From Squalus acanthias (taxonomy: Eukaryota), in contig CM059427.1 of the NCBI GenBank assembly GCA_030390025.1, forward strand, positions 188,914,001 to 188,978,000: 64,000 bases of DNA, in the 5' to 3' direction. Below, piece by piece: positions 51,143 to 62,900 of this stretch (the stretch's first letter is position 1; the number at the start of each line of letters is the position of its first letter). Made by a program: the position numbers and the translations under genes. A model generated the notes under the pieces. That model worked only from the letters and a program-made list of their open reading frames with translations, was not told where the DNA came from and made no database searches.

Positions 51143-54100
51143 AGAAACATAGAAACATAGAAAATAGGTACAGGAGTAGACCATTCGGTCCTTCGAGCCT
51201 GCACCGCCATTCAATGTGTTCATGGCTGAACATGCTACCTCAGTACCCCATTCCTGCTTTCTCGCCATACCCCTTGATCCCCCTAGTTGTGAGTGTTATA
51301 TCTAACTCCCTTTTGAATATATTTAGCGAACTGGCCTCAACAACCTTCTGTGGAAGAGAATTCCATAGATTCACCATCTCTGGGTGAAGAAGTTCCTCCT
51401 CAGCTCAGTCTTAAATGGCTTCCCCTTAATCCTTAGACTGTGACCCCTGGTTCTAGTTTTCCCTAACATTGGGAACATTCTGCCCACATCTAATTTGTCT
51501 AAACCAGTCAGGATTTTAAATGTCTCTATAAGATCCCCCCTCATTCTTCTGAACTCCAGAGGATACAAGTTCAGTTGACCCAATCTTTCTTGATATGTCA
51601 GTCCGGCCATCCCAGGAATCAATCTAGTGAACCTTCGCTGCACTCCCTCAATAGCAAGAATGTCCTTCCTTAAGTTAGGAGACCAAAACTGCGCACAATA
51701 CTCCAGGTGTGGCCTCACCAAGGCCCTGTACAACTGCAGCATCACCTCCCTACTCCTGTACTCAAATCCCCTTACTATGAAGGCCATCATTCCGTTTGCT
51801 TTCTTGACTGCCTGCTGCACTTGCCTTCCCACCTTCAGTGACTGATGTACCATGACGCCCAGGTCTCGTTGCACCTCCCCTTTCCCTAATCTGCCACCAT
51901 TCAGGTAATAGTCCACCTCTCTATTTTTACCACCAAAGTGGATAACCTCACATTTATCCACATTGTACTTCATCTGCCATACATTTGCCCATTCACCCAA
52001 CCTGTCCAAGTCACTCTGTAGCCTCCTAGCATTCTCCTCATTGTTCACACTGCCTCCGAATTTAGTGTCATCCGCAAATTTGGAGATATTACATTTAATC
52101 CCTTCGTCCAAATCATTAATATATAATGTAAACAGCTGGGGTCCCAGCACCGAACCCTGCGGTACCCCGCTGGTCACTGCCTGCCATTCTGAAAAGTACC
52201 CATTTACTCCTACTCTTTGTTTCCTGTGTGCCAACCAGTTCTCAATCCACATCAACACATTACCCCCAATCCCATGTGCTTTAACTTTGCTCACCAATCT
52301 CTTGTGTGGAACCTTGTTGAAGGCCTTCTGAAAGTCCAAATACACCACATCTACTGGTTCCCCCCTGTCCACCCTATTGGAAACATCCTCAAAAAATTCC
52401 AGAAGATTTGTCAAGCATGATTTCCCTTTCACAAATCCATGCTGACTTGGACCTATCATGTCGCCACTTTCCAAATGGTCTGTTATGACATCTTTAATAA
52501 TTGCTTCTATCATTTTACCCACGACCGATGTCAGGCTGACCGGTCTATAATTCCCTGCTTTCTCCCTCCCTCCTTTTTTAAAAAGAGGGGTTACATTGGC
52601 CACCCTCCACCCCATCGGAACTGATCCAGAGTCTAAGGAATGTTGGAAAATGATCGTCAATGCATCCACTATTTCCAAGGCCACCTCCTTAAGTACTCTG
52701 GGATGCAGACCATCAGGCCCCGGGGATTTTTCAGCCTTCAGTCCCATCAATTTCCCCAATACCTTTTCCCGACTAATAAGGATTTCCCTCAGCTCCTCCC
52801 TCTTACCAGATCCTCTGACCCCTTTTATTTCCGGCAGGTTGTGTGTGTCCTCCACAGTAAACACCGAACCAAAGTACTTGTTCAATTGAAATGCCATTTC
52901 CTTGTTCCCCATTACGACTTCCCCTGTTTCCGACTGCCGGGGACCTACGTTTGTTTTTACTAACCTCTTTCTTTTTACATATTTATAGAAGCTTTTGCAG
53001 TCCATTTTAATGTTATCTGCAAGCTTCCTTTCATATTTTATTTTCCCTGCCCTAATCAAACCCTTCGTCCTCCTCTGCTGAGTTTTGAAGTTCTCCCAGT
53101 CCCCGGGTTTGCTGCTACTTCTGGCCAATTTGTATGCAACTTCCTTGGTTTTAATACTATCCCTGATTTCCCTTGTTAGCCATGGTTGAGCCACCTTCCC
53201 TTTTTTATTTTTACGCCAGACCGGGAAGTACAATTGTTGTAGTTCATCCATGCGATCTCTAAATGTCTGCCATTGCCCTTCCACTGATAGCCCCTTAAAT
53301 ATCGCTTGCCAATTTAACCTCGCCAATTCACGCCTCATACCCTCAAAGTTGCCCTTATTTAAGTTCTGGACCATGGTCTCTGACTTAACTGTTTCCTTCT
53401 CCATCCTAATGTAGAACTCCACCATACTATGGTCACTCTTCCCCAGGGGGTCTCGTACCACAAGATTGCTGATTAGTCCTTCCTCATTACACAACACCCA
53501 GTCCAGGATGGCCTCCCCTCGAGTTGGTTCCTCAACATATTGGTTTAGGAAACCATCCCTTAAACACTCCAGGAAATCCTCCTCCACCGTATTGCTTCCA
53601 GTTTGAGTAGCCCAATCTTTATGCATATTAAAGTCACCCATGATAACTGCCGTGCCTTTTTTGCACGCACCTCTGATTTCCTGTTTCATACCCTCCCCCA
53701 CCTCACTACTGCTGTTTGGAGGTCTGTACACAACTCCCACTAACATTTTCTGCCCTTTGGTGTTCTGCAGCTCAACCCATATTGATTCCACATCCTCCAA
53801 GCTGATGTCCTTCCTAGCTATTGCATTAATCTCTTCTTTAACCAGCAATGCTACCCCACCCCCTTTTCCTTTTATTCTATCCTTTCTGAATGTTGAATAC
53901 CCCTGGATGTTCAGTTCCCAGCCTTGATTGTTCTGGAGCCACGTCTCTGTAATCCCAATCACATCGTATCTGTTAACATCTATTTGCACAGTCAATTCAT
54001 CCACCTTATTACGGATACTCCTTGCATTAAGACACAGAGCCTTTAGGCTTATTTTATTAACATCCTTTGTCCTTTTAGACTTATGATTTAGTATGGCCCT

Positions 54101-54222
54101 TTGTGTTTCTTGCCTTTGTTTACTCGGCCTTCCCCTATTGTTTCTCACCCTTCCAACATTTGTTTCTGAATGCATATTACTTCCCCCTGTTTTGCTACAT
54201 AGGTTCCCCTTCCCCTGCCATA
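51143..54222 (-). mobile_element. Young CR1 with near-intact ORF2
   Basis: (acatagaa)n tail; flanking duplication tagata. Confidence 0.95.
51371..54175 (-). CDS. CR1 ORF2, APE endonuclease + reverse transcriptase (934 aa)
   Basis: Uninterrupted ORF with [26 protein letters not shown] and FADD; frameshift only at the extreme C-terminus (FFTQRW*). Confidence 0.93.
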   Translation of the reverse strand: MHSETNVGRVRNNRGRPSKQRQETQRAILNHKSKRTKDVNKISLKALCLNARSIRNKVDELTVQIDVNRYDVIGITETWLQNNQGWELNIQGYSTFRKDRIKGKGGGVALLVKEEINAIARKDISLEDVESIWVELQNTKGQKMLVGVVYRPPNSSSEVGEGMKQEIRGACKKGTAVIMGDFNMHKDWATQTGSNTVEEDFLECLRDGFLNQYVEEPTRGEAILDWVLCNEEGLISNLVVRDPLGKSDHSMVEFYIRMEKETVKSETMVQNLNKGNFEGMRRELARLNWQAIFKGLSVEGQWQTFRDRMDELQQLYFPVWRKNKKGKVAQPWLTREIRDSIKTKEVAYKLARSSSKPGDWENFKTQQRRTKGLIRAGKIKYERKLADNIKMDCKSFYKYVKRKRLVKTNVGPRQSETGEVVMGNKEMAFQLNKYFGSVFTVEDTHNLPEIKGVRGSGKREELREILISREKVLGKLMGLKAEKSPGPDGLHPRVLKEVALEIVDALTIIFQHSLDSGSVPMGWRVANVTPLFKKGGREKAGNYRPVSLTSVVGKMIEAIIKDVITDHLESGDMIGPSQHGFVKGKSCLTNLLEFFEDVSNRVDRGEPVDVVYLDFQKAFNKVPHKRLVSKVKAHGIGGNVLMWIENWLAHRKQRVGVNGYFSEWQAVTSGVPQGSVLGPQLFTLYINDLDEGIKCNISKFADDTKFGGSVNNEENARRLQSDLDRLGEWANVWQMKYNVDKCEVIHFGGKNREVDYYLNGGRLGKGEVQRDLGVMVHQSLKVGRQVQQAVKKANGMMAFIVRGFEYRSREVMLQLYRALVRPHLEYCAQFWSPNLRKDILAIEGVQRRFTRLIPGMAGLTYQERLGQLNLYPLEFRRMRGDLIETFKILTGLDKLDVGRMFPMLGKTRTRGHSLRIKGKPFKTELRRNFFTQRW

Positions 54223-54754
54223 TTAGATAAGGTGGTTAAGAAGGCATACGGGTTACTTTACTTTATTAGCCAAGGCATAGAATATAAGAGCAGGGAGGTT
54301 ATGCTAGAACTGTATAAAACACTCGTTAGACCACAGCTAGAATACTGCATACATTTCTAGTCACCACTTTACAGGAAAGATGTGATTGCACTACAGAGGG
54401 TACAGAGGTGATTTATGAGGATGTTGCCAGAACTGGAGAATTTTAGCTATGAGGAAAGATTGGATAGGCTGGGGTTATTTTCTTTGGAACAGAGAAGGCT
54501 GAGGGGAGATTTTATTAATGTGTATCAAATTATGAGCAACTTAGATAGAATGGATAGGAAGGACCTATTTCCCTTAGAAGAAAGGTCAATAACCAGGGGA
54601 CAAAGATTTAAAGTAATTGGTAGAAGGATTAGAGGGGAGTTGAGGAGAACTCTTTTCACCCAGAGGGTGGTGGGGGTCTGGAACTCACTGCCTGAAAGTA
54701 TGGTAGATGCAGAAACCCTCATCGCATTAAAAAATACTTGGATATGCACTTTAA

Positions 54755-55462
54755 GGGGCAAAGCAACTAGCGCCCGGGCGCGGCGACGCCAACACCTCCC
54801 GTAAATTCAGCGGGAGGTTAGCGGCGGTGGTAACCATTAGCGCCCCGCGGCGCTGCACCACCGGCGATGATGTCATTGCCGTGCGCAGCGCCCCGCTCCC
54901 GACCCAGCCACGATCTTCGGTAGCGCCCCCTGACTTACCGCCGGACGCTATGTCTGACGGGGTCAAGGGGGCCTACCTGCGGCCGGGGCGGCGCTAATTA
55001 AAGGCGAGGTGACGGGCGGCCATTTTTGTTGCTGGCCGCCTGCCAGCACCTAGCTCCACTGCCGTCCCCGGGTTCCTGACCTGCCCCCTCCCCCACCCCC
55101 GTGGAGTGCCGGCTGCGCTCCATGTGCCCGGCAATTCTCTTGAGTGCCGGGCCCTTTTGCTGGCACTCCCGATCCTCGGTGGCCCAGCTGGGCTCCGGGT
55201 TGCGCTGCGCAAGGCCCCTCCCCTTTAAGAAGGGGAGGAAGACCTGCAATACCGCGGCGCGACGTGCCGCAGCTCATGGCGTTGCTGCTCATGGCGCCGC
55301 AATGTTCCCTCGCAGTGCCCCAAGAGGGAGGTGAGGCGCTTCCAGTAGCGCTCCGTTTCCCTCTTGGGGCACTACCACTCAATTTTGGCCATGGGGGCTC
55401 TAGTTTTTCTGGGCCCTGGCGAAGTTAGCGGCCCAAAGGGGGCGCGACTAAATTTCTCCCCC
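54755..55462. mobile_element. GC-rich Harbinger-like MITE (family E)
   Basis: gggg...aatttctccccc ends with TSD TAA/TAA, inside a CR1 tail. Confidence 0.8.
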
Positions 55463-56439
55463 TAAGTGCCATAAACTGCAAGGCTACGGACCAAGAGCTG
55501 GAAAGTGGGATTAGGTCGGATCGCTCTTTTTCAGCCGGCACAGGTACGATGGGTCGAATGGCCTCCTTCTTTGCCGTAAATTTCTATTATTCTCTGATTC
55601 TATGGTTTACAGTCATATTTTTACATTGAACTGATCATGTTGCCTTCACTGCAGGCACTATTACAGAGAAAAACAGAACAATTCCATTACATTCAGTTTA
55701 TTATAGAGTTATCAGAAGATTCATCATTACTACAAAAAATAATCAAAATTAAGAGAGAGGACATGGTTAATTCCAGGTTACAGTAAATAAAGGCTCCAAA
55801 TCTCCTCGTGACTCCTGGTCTACAGGGGGCATTATCAGGGTGGACAGGATCTCAGGGAGAGAAATTGGGGCAGGATAAGGCTATGTTGGGTTTTCACCCC
55901 ACTTGTCCTGTGACGGGGTTTCCCGAGGTGGGCGGAGATCAGATGGTTCCTGGTCTGCACCCCCCTTGTCTGGAAAGACACCGTGACAGAAATAAATTAG
56001 TTCTTGGAAACTGACTTGCAGCCTCTTTCCACCAGGTGTTTTGCCTTATCTGTGAAAGGTGACAACTGTGGCTGTGACGGTGATGAATGCACTTTATGCG
56101 AATGCATTCCGATACTTCCAGGTGGCCTCTGGTGACATTGGGCCCATCATTCAGTCAATAGTTCATTGCTACCATTCACTGAACTGCATTTTCACGTACT
56201 TTCATTCCAAGGATATCATTTAAGTAACAGTCATTGGATACTCAAGGATAACAGTAAAATCCTCATTGTAACCATTATTTTATTTACATTTTCATAAGGA
56301 AACTTAGCTAAAGCAGTAAATCTCATGTACCTGTGATTCTAGATTAAACAGCAATTCACATCACAATTACCAAAAACACAATGGCACCGTGTACACTGTA
56401 TTCGCAGTAAAGTTTAAACACAAAGTTTGGACTCTAAAC

Positions 56440-56825
56440 TAGAATTACACAGAATTTATAGCACAGAAACAGGCCATCGGCACAACTGGTCTATGCTGCC
56501 CACCTACTCAGACAACGAGGGGGCAGACACAGGAACCACCTGATATCCGCCCACCTCGGGAAACCCCGTCACAGGACAAATATTAGCGAGTTTCCCCTTG
56601 AATGCATCGATGCTAATCACCTCAACTACTCCCTGTGGTAGCAAGTACCACATTCCAACCACTCTTTGGTTAAAAATTTGCTCCTGAATTCCTTAATGGA
56701 TTTATTCATGACTATTTTATATTTATGACCCCTAGTTTTGAACTCCCCCACAAGTGGAAACATCTTCTCTACGTCTACCCTGTCAAACCCCTTCATAATC
56801 TTAAAGAACTCTATTAGGTCACCCT
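56440..56825 (-). mobile_element. CR1 3' fragment
   Basis: GDLIEFFKIMKGFDRVD..TRGHKYK. Confidence 0.8.
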
Positions 56826-57104
56826 TTGCTATATGCAAGACTGGATGGATAGATGGATGGATAGAGTTATAGATGGATCGGGAAAGGGAGTTGAAGAGCA
56901 ATGAGAAATATGCTAATATTTTTCATTTTATTAAGTTGCTCCATTGTTGCAATCTGAAAAGTGAACTTACACATCCTTTTTAAAGGAGCAGGGACATGAA
57001 AATAAAGACCTTACTTGCTTGCTGAATACTAGCTGGGTGCATTCATTAAACTCGATGATAAAGTAAAACAATATGAATGTGATTGGTAGAAATAAGGCAC
57101 TTAC

Positions 57105-57192
57105 TTTGTGTGAAAACAGACGGAAGTAGAAACACAAAGAAACTGATCATCAAACCAGCTGGCATTTTGCTGCAGAAAAATCGTAGCTTCAT
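57105..57192 (-). CDS. Receptor leader exon (MKLRFFCSKMPAGLMISFFVFLLPSVFTQ)
   Basis: Hydrophobic signal-like peptide; phase-1 donor CAAA|gtaagtg at 57104. An upstream acceptor (tttcttacag|, exon starts 57214) implies a non-coding first exon. A second in-frame ATG lies at 57165. Confidence 0.75.
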
Positions 57193-57234
57193 TTCACAGA
57201 TTCCGTCTCTTTCCCTGTAAGAAATATACATATA

Positions 57235-57999
57235 GGCCCAGAAATTAAACAGTGAGGGTTCCCGCGGGGGTAAGGAATCCCCGCGATATCGCACTCCGCG
57301 CCTACCTTTTTGCTCCGGGCCCACACAAACTTTAGTTTGAAAGGCTCTCTCTCTTGGAACCGTGCAGTGCTTGCGTGACCCAGAGACGCAATTAGTTCGT
57401 GCGAGCTCTGGGATCACGTGATTCAGTTAGAGCCAATGGCAACACACCATCTTTCATTCATAGTTTTGACAGGAAGTCCTGTCAAAGCTATGAATACTAC
57501 ACCCCCCCAAAAGAACAGCTAAACCTCAATTAAATTTAAAAAAAAGCCATCACATTAATAAAATAAGTATAGTTAAATAATTTAACCACTTTAAACGAAA
57601 AAATTAAATTTTTGAAAAAATTTAAAATCTTTTTAAAAGTTATAAAAATAAACTTACCTTTCTTTAAAGTCTCTAAAAAAGATAAACCTGTTGAAAAAAA
57701 TTTAAAATAACACTTAATTAACTACTTACCTTGTTAAAAGGGGGTCCTACGCCTGCTTTCTTTATGTGTAAAATCTTCACCACTTACCTGCGCGTTCAAA
57801 GCTGAAAAAATAACTAAGTGCACTGCGTGCGCACAGCCTGTAGCGCGCACGCGGTTCACTTAGGAACCGCCCCCTTTTGAATTCATGAAGTGCCGTTTTC
57901 CCGCACATGCGCAGTGCATGCAGGAAACCGGCAATTGGAGACCTAATACGCGAGAGTACACAGTGCGTACTCTCGCGTATTAGGTCTAATTTTCGGGTC
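57235..57999 (-). mobile_element. MITE family A, copy 5 (divergent subfamily), 20 nt from the leader-exon acceptor
   Basis: Colinear with the other copies. Confidence 0.8.
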
Positions 58000-58542
58000 A
58001 TAGATACAGATATATATATAGCACCAGAAAACCACCAGAAGTAAAACTGAGGCACATTTCTTGAATATGTTTAACACTTCAGACTGTGAAGAAAAGAAAT
58101 GAGGTAAAACAGCTTTCCAAATTATTTCCCCATTCTAACTTGGAATTGGAAAATGAACAATAAACATCTTCAGTAAAATTCTCCACCACCTGCTGTGCTA
58201 ATTGTAATAAAAGTTATTTTATAATATTTAAAAATTTGCAATTATTCTATTCAAAATAATCTATGATGGATCATGTATGATCTACCTCTCATCCACAATC
58301 CACAGAAAATTTCCAACTGAAAATCATAGCTGGGATTTTCCTCACCAGAAGAGAGAGAAGCAAAACTGAAATTAGAAAGCAGAAAAGTAGAAAGTGAATT
58401 TGGAAGACAGAGGAAGCAAGGGCTAGAAAATAGACAACAAGGGAGTTTGGCAATACTAAATCGTATACATTTCCACGCAAGGAGTATAGGGAATAAGGCA
58501 GATGAGCTGAGAGCACAGATAGACACTTGGGAGTATGATATT

Positions 58543-59306
58543 GGGCCAAAAATTCGGCCCTTCCCGGGTGAGTACACAGTGCGTACTCACCCGTAAGGCG
58601 TCCCGAAGTGCCGGTTTCCTGCATGCACTGCGCATGTGCGGGAAACCGGAACTTCCGGTCTGGTGAAGGGGGCGGTTCGTAGGTGAACTGCGTGCGCGGT
58701 AGAGGCTGCGCGCACGCAGCAAACTTAGGTTTTTTTTCAGTTTTCTCCGGGAGGGTAAGTAGTGAAGAACCTGCACATTTAAAAAGGAGGCGCAGGAGCC
58801 GTTTTCAACAAGGTAAGTGGTTAATTAAGCATAATTTTTAAAAAATGTCAACAGGTTTATCTTTTTTAGATACTTTAAAGAAAGGTAAGTTTATTTTTCG
58901 CACTGTTAAAAAGTATTTTAATTTTTTCAAAAATTTAAATTTTTGTTTAAAGTGGTTAATTTATTTAACTATAGTTATTTTATAAATGTGATGGTTTTTT
59001 AAAAATTTATTTTAAGTTTAGCTGTTCTTTTGGGGCCGATTTCAATTCATACATTTGACAGGTATTCCTGTCAAATCTATGAATGAAAGATGGTCTGCTG
59101 CCATTGGCTCTCCATGGCCCACGTGATCCCAGGGGACGCATCACACTGACTGCGCCCCTGGGACACGCAAACACTGCGCGCTGGCACTTGGAGCAGGCCC
59201 AGGAGCTGAATTTCCCGTGGGCCCAAAACACAACGGCAGGCGCGGTAGGTAAGTGCGCGCGCGATCCTTACCCCCGCGGCAAGCCGGAGAGGCGAATTTC
59301 AGGGCC
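58543..59306 (+). mobile_element. MITE family A, copy 6 (inside a CR1 EN remnant at about 58345-59720)
   Basis: TIR gggccaaaaattcggc; the host YDI|IAIT motif is split by the insertion. Confidence 0.85.
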
Positions 59307-59719
59307 AACATAGCTATTACTTAGAAATGGCTGAAAGAAGGGTAGGTATGGCAGCTCAACATTCCTGCTTACAGGGTTTTCAGATGGGATAGAGATGGGG
59401 TTAAAAAGGAGGATGGGTTGCAGTATTGATTAAATAAACAATTACAGCTGTGAGGAGGGATGATATGTTAGAAGGATCATCAAATGAGGCCATATAGGTT
59501 GAATTGAAGAACAAAAAAGGGGCGATCACACTGTTGGAAGTGTACTGTAGATCCCCAAACAGTCAGAGGGAGATAGAAGAGCAAATATGTAGGCAAATTT
59601 CTGAGAAGTGCAAAAACTATAGGGCAGTAATAGTCGGGGATTTCAACTACCCTAATATAAACTGGGATAAAATTAGTGTGGAAGGGAAAGAGGGAGTGGA
59701 ATTCATAAAATGCATTCAG

Positions 59720-59975
59720 GAGTAAACTAGGCCTGTATACTCTTGAATTCAGAAGAATGAGAGGGGATCTCATTGAAGCATACAAAATTATTACAGGGCT
59801 TGATAGGATGGATACTGGGAGAATGTTTCCCTTGGCTGTGGAGTCTAGAACCAGGGGCCACAGCCTCAAGATAAAGGGTAGGCCATTCAGGACTGAGATG
59901 AGAAGAACTTTCTTCACACAGAGGGTGGTGAATCTTTGGAATTCTCTACCCCAGAGGGCTGTGGAGGCTCAGTCA
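59720..59975 (+). mobile_element. CR1 RT 3' fragment
   Basis: RGDLIEAYKI..FFTQRVVNLWNSLP. Confidence 0.85.
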
Positions 59976-62900
59976 TCTGCGAAACTGAGATCTTCGTGGA
60001 TAGCACGTTTAACGAGGTGGTCACACCGCAGGGAAAGAGTGCACAGGCAGACAGGAAATGGGTGACCGCCAGAGAGAGTAAAAGAACTAGGAAGGTAATG
60101 CAGGAGTTCCCTGGGTCCATCACCCTCTCCAACAGATATTCTGTTTTGGATACTGCTGGAGGAGATGGTTTCTCAGGGGAATGCAGCAAGAACCAAGTCC
60201 ATGGCACTACGAGTGGCTCAGCTGCACAGGAGGGGAGGAAAAAGTGTGGGGGAGCAATAGTGACAGGGGATTCTATGGAAAGGGGAACAGATAGACATTT
60301 CTGTGGCCACAGACGTGACTCCAGGATAGTATGTTGCCTCCCTGGTGCCAGGAGCAAGGATGTCACTGAACGGCTGCAGGACATTCTGAAGGGGGAGGCC
60401 GAACAGTCAGAGGTCGTGGTTCACATTGGTACCAACGACATGGGAAGAAAGAGGAATGAGGTCCTGCAACAAGAATTTAGGGAGCTAGGAAGCAGATTAA
60501 AAAGCAGGACCTCAAAGGTTGTAATCTCTGGATTACTCCCGGTGCCACGTGTTAGTGAGTGTAGGAATAGGAGGATAGAGCAGATGAATGCGTGGCTAAA
60601 GAGTTGGTGCAGGAGGGAGGGCTTTAGTTTCCTGTATCACTGGGTCTGCTTCTGGGGAAGGTGGGACCTGTACATGTCAGACGGGTTGCACCTGAACCGG
60701 AACGGGACCAACATCCTTGCGGGGAGCTTTGTTCGTACTGTTGGGGGGGCGGGTGGTGGGGGGGGGAGTTTAAAATAACTTGGCAGGGGAATGGGATACA
60801 AAGTGGAGCTATAGTAGGGGGTGATGCACAGCCAAATATAGAGGAAAAAACAAGTCAGCCTGGAAGGCAGAGCAAATATGTAATGGCACAAGGGAGTATG
60901 GCAAGGCTGGATGGCATTTATTTTAATGTAAGGAGTCTTGCGAGTAAGGCAGATGAATTGAAGGTGTTGATGAACACATGAGAGTATGATATTGTTGCTA
61001 TCACAGAGACATGGTTGAGGGAGGGGCAGGACTGGCAGCTCAATATTCCGGGGTATAGAATCTTCAGGCGAGACAGAGGGGGGGGTGTAAAAGGGCAGGG
61101 GGTGTCGCAATATTAATCAAGGAGTCAATTACTGCTGTAAGGAGGGATGATATCTTAGCAGGTTCCTCTAATGAGGCCATATGGGTAGAACTTAAAAACA
61201 AAAAGGGGGCAAGCACTTTGCTGGAGTGTACTATAGGCCCCCAAACAGTCAGGGGGAGATATAGGAACAGAAATGTAGGCAAATCTCAGAGAAGTGTAGA
61301 AATAATAGGGTAATAATAGTAGGGGATTTCAACTTCCCCAATAATAACTGGGATAGTCAGAGTGTGAAAGGCTTAGAGGGTGCGGAATTCTCAAAGTGCA
61401 CCCAGGAGAGCTTTTTGAGCCAGCATGTAGAAAGTCCTACAAGAGAGGGGGTGGTACTGGACCTCATTCTAGGGATTATAACCGGGCAAGTGGTAGAAGT
61501 GTATGTAGGAGAGCATTTTGGTGACATTAACCATAATTAGGTAAAATTTAAGGTAGTCATGGAAAAGGACAAAGATGGACCGGAAATAAAGGTTCTAAAT
61601 TGGGGGAAGGCCGATTTTAATATGATAAGGCAGGATCTGGCCAAAGTGGACTGGGATCAGCTACTTGTAGGAAAATCCGCATCAGAGCAGTGGGAGTCTT
61701 TCAGAAAGGAAATGAGAGAGTACAATGCCAACATGTTCCCGTAAAGGTCAAGGGTAGGACCAACAAGCCCAGGGAACCCTGGATGTCAAGGGATATACAA
61801 GAATGGATTAGGAAAAAAAGGGAGGCTTTTGGCAGATACAAAGGACTAAAAACAGTGGAAGCCCTAGAGGAGTATAGAAAGTGCAGGGGGTTACTTAAAA
61901 AAGAAATTAGAAGAGCGAAGAGGGGGCATGAAAAAACACTGGTGGGCAAAATAAAGGAAAATCCCAAGGTGTTTTATAAGTATATTAAGGGTAAAAGGAT
62001 AACCAGGGAAAGATTAGCACCCATTAGGAACCAAAGTGGCAATCTGTGTGTAGAGCAGGAAGATTTGGGTGAGGATTTAAATGAGTATTTTGCATCTGTG
62101 TTCACTATGGAGAATGACGATGTCGGCATAGAAATCAGGCAGGGGGATTGTGATATACTTGAACAAATTAGTATTGAGAGGGAGGAGGTACTCGCGGTTT
62201 TAGCGTGCTTAAAAGTGGATAAACCCCCAGGCCCAGATGAGATGTATCCAAGGCTGCTGTGTGAGGCAAGGGAGGAGATTGCAGGGGCTCTGACATAAAT
62301 TTTCAGAACCTCTCTGGCCACAGGGGAGGTGCCAGAGGACTGAAGAACAGCTAACGTATTACTATTATTCAAGAAGGTTAGTAGGGATAAACCAGGGAAT
62401 TACAGGCCAGTGAGCCTAGCATCAGTGGTAGGGAAATTATTGGATAAAATTCTGAGGGACAGAATTAGTCTCCACTTTGAGAGGCAAGGATTAATCAAGG
62501 ATAGTCAGCATGGTTTTGTCAGGGGGAGATCGTGTGTAACCAATTTGATTCAATTTTTCAAGGGGGTGACTAGGTGTGTGGATGAGGGTAGTGCAGTTGA
62601 TGTAGTCTACATGGAGTTCACCAAGGCTTTTGACAAAGTCCCACATGGGAGACTGGTCAAGAAGGTAAGAGCCCATGGGACCAAGGGCAATTTGCCACAT
62701 TGGATACAAAATTGGCTTAGTGGCAGGAGGCAGAGGGTGATGGTCGAAGGTTGTTTTTGTGACTGGAAGCCTGTGTCCAGTGGTGTACCGCAGGGTTCAG
62801 TGCTGGGTCCTTTGCTGTTTGTAGTGTACATTAATGATTTGGATATGAATGTAGGAAGTATGATCAGTAAGTTCGCAGATGACATGAAAATTGGTGGAGT

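Larger units (their letters stand above)
49120..55605 (+). mobile_element. Old CR1, interrupted by a young CR1 and a MITE
   Basis: Degraded EN/RT at 49250-51140, continuing at 54222-54754 and 55463-55605. Confidence 0.85.
23984..57214 (-). other. Multi-exon IgSF receptor gene (L-V-C2-V-C2-TM[Lys]-short tail, 493 aa), CD4/LAG-3/G6F-like ectodomain architecture
   Basis: Seven coding exons of 88+342+270+354+270+104+54 = 1482 nt (493 codons + stop). All junctions are GT-AG, intron phases are 1,1,1,1,1,0 as typical of IgSF genes, and there are no internal stops. Confidence 0.85.

Noticed and set aside
23984-57214. Naming the gene CD4 or LAG3
   Set aside because: No Cx(C/H) or (F/Y)xxL tail motif, D1 is not split by an intron, and the TM is charged. 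Orthology cannot be shown from this window.
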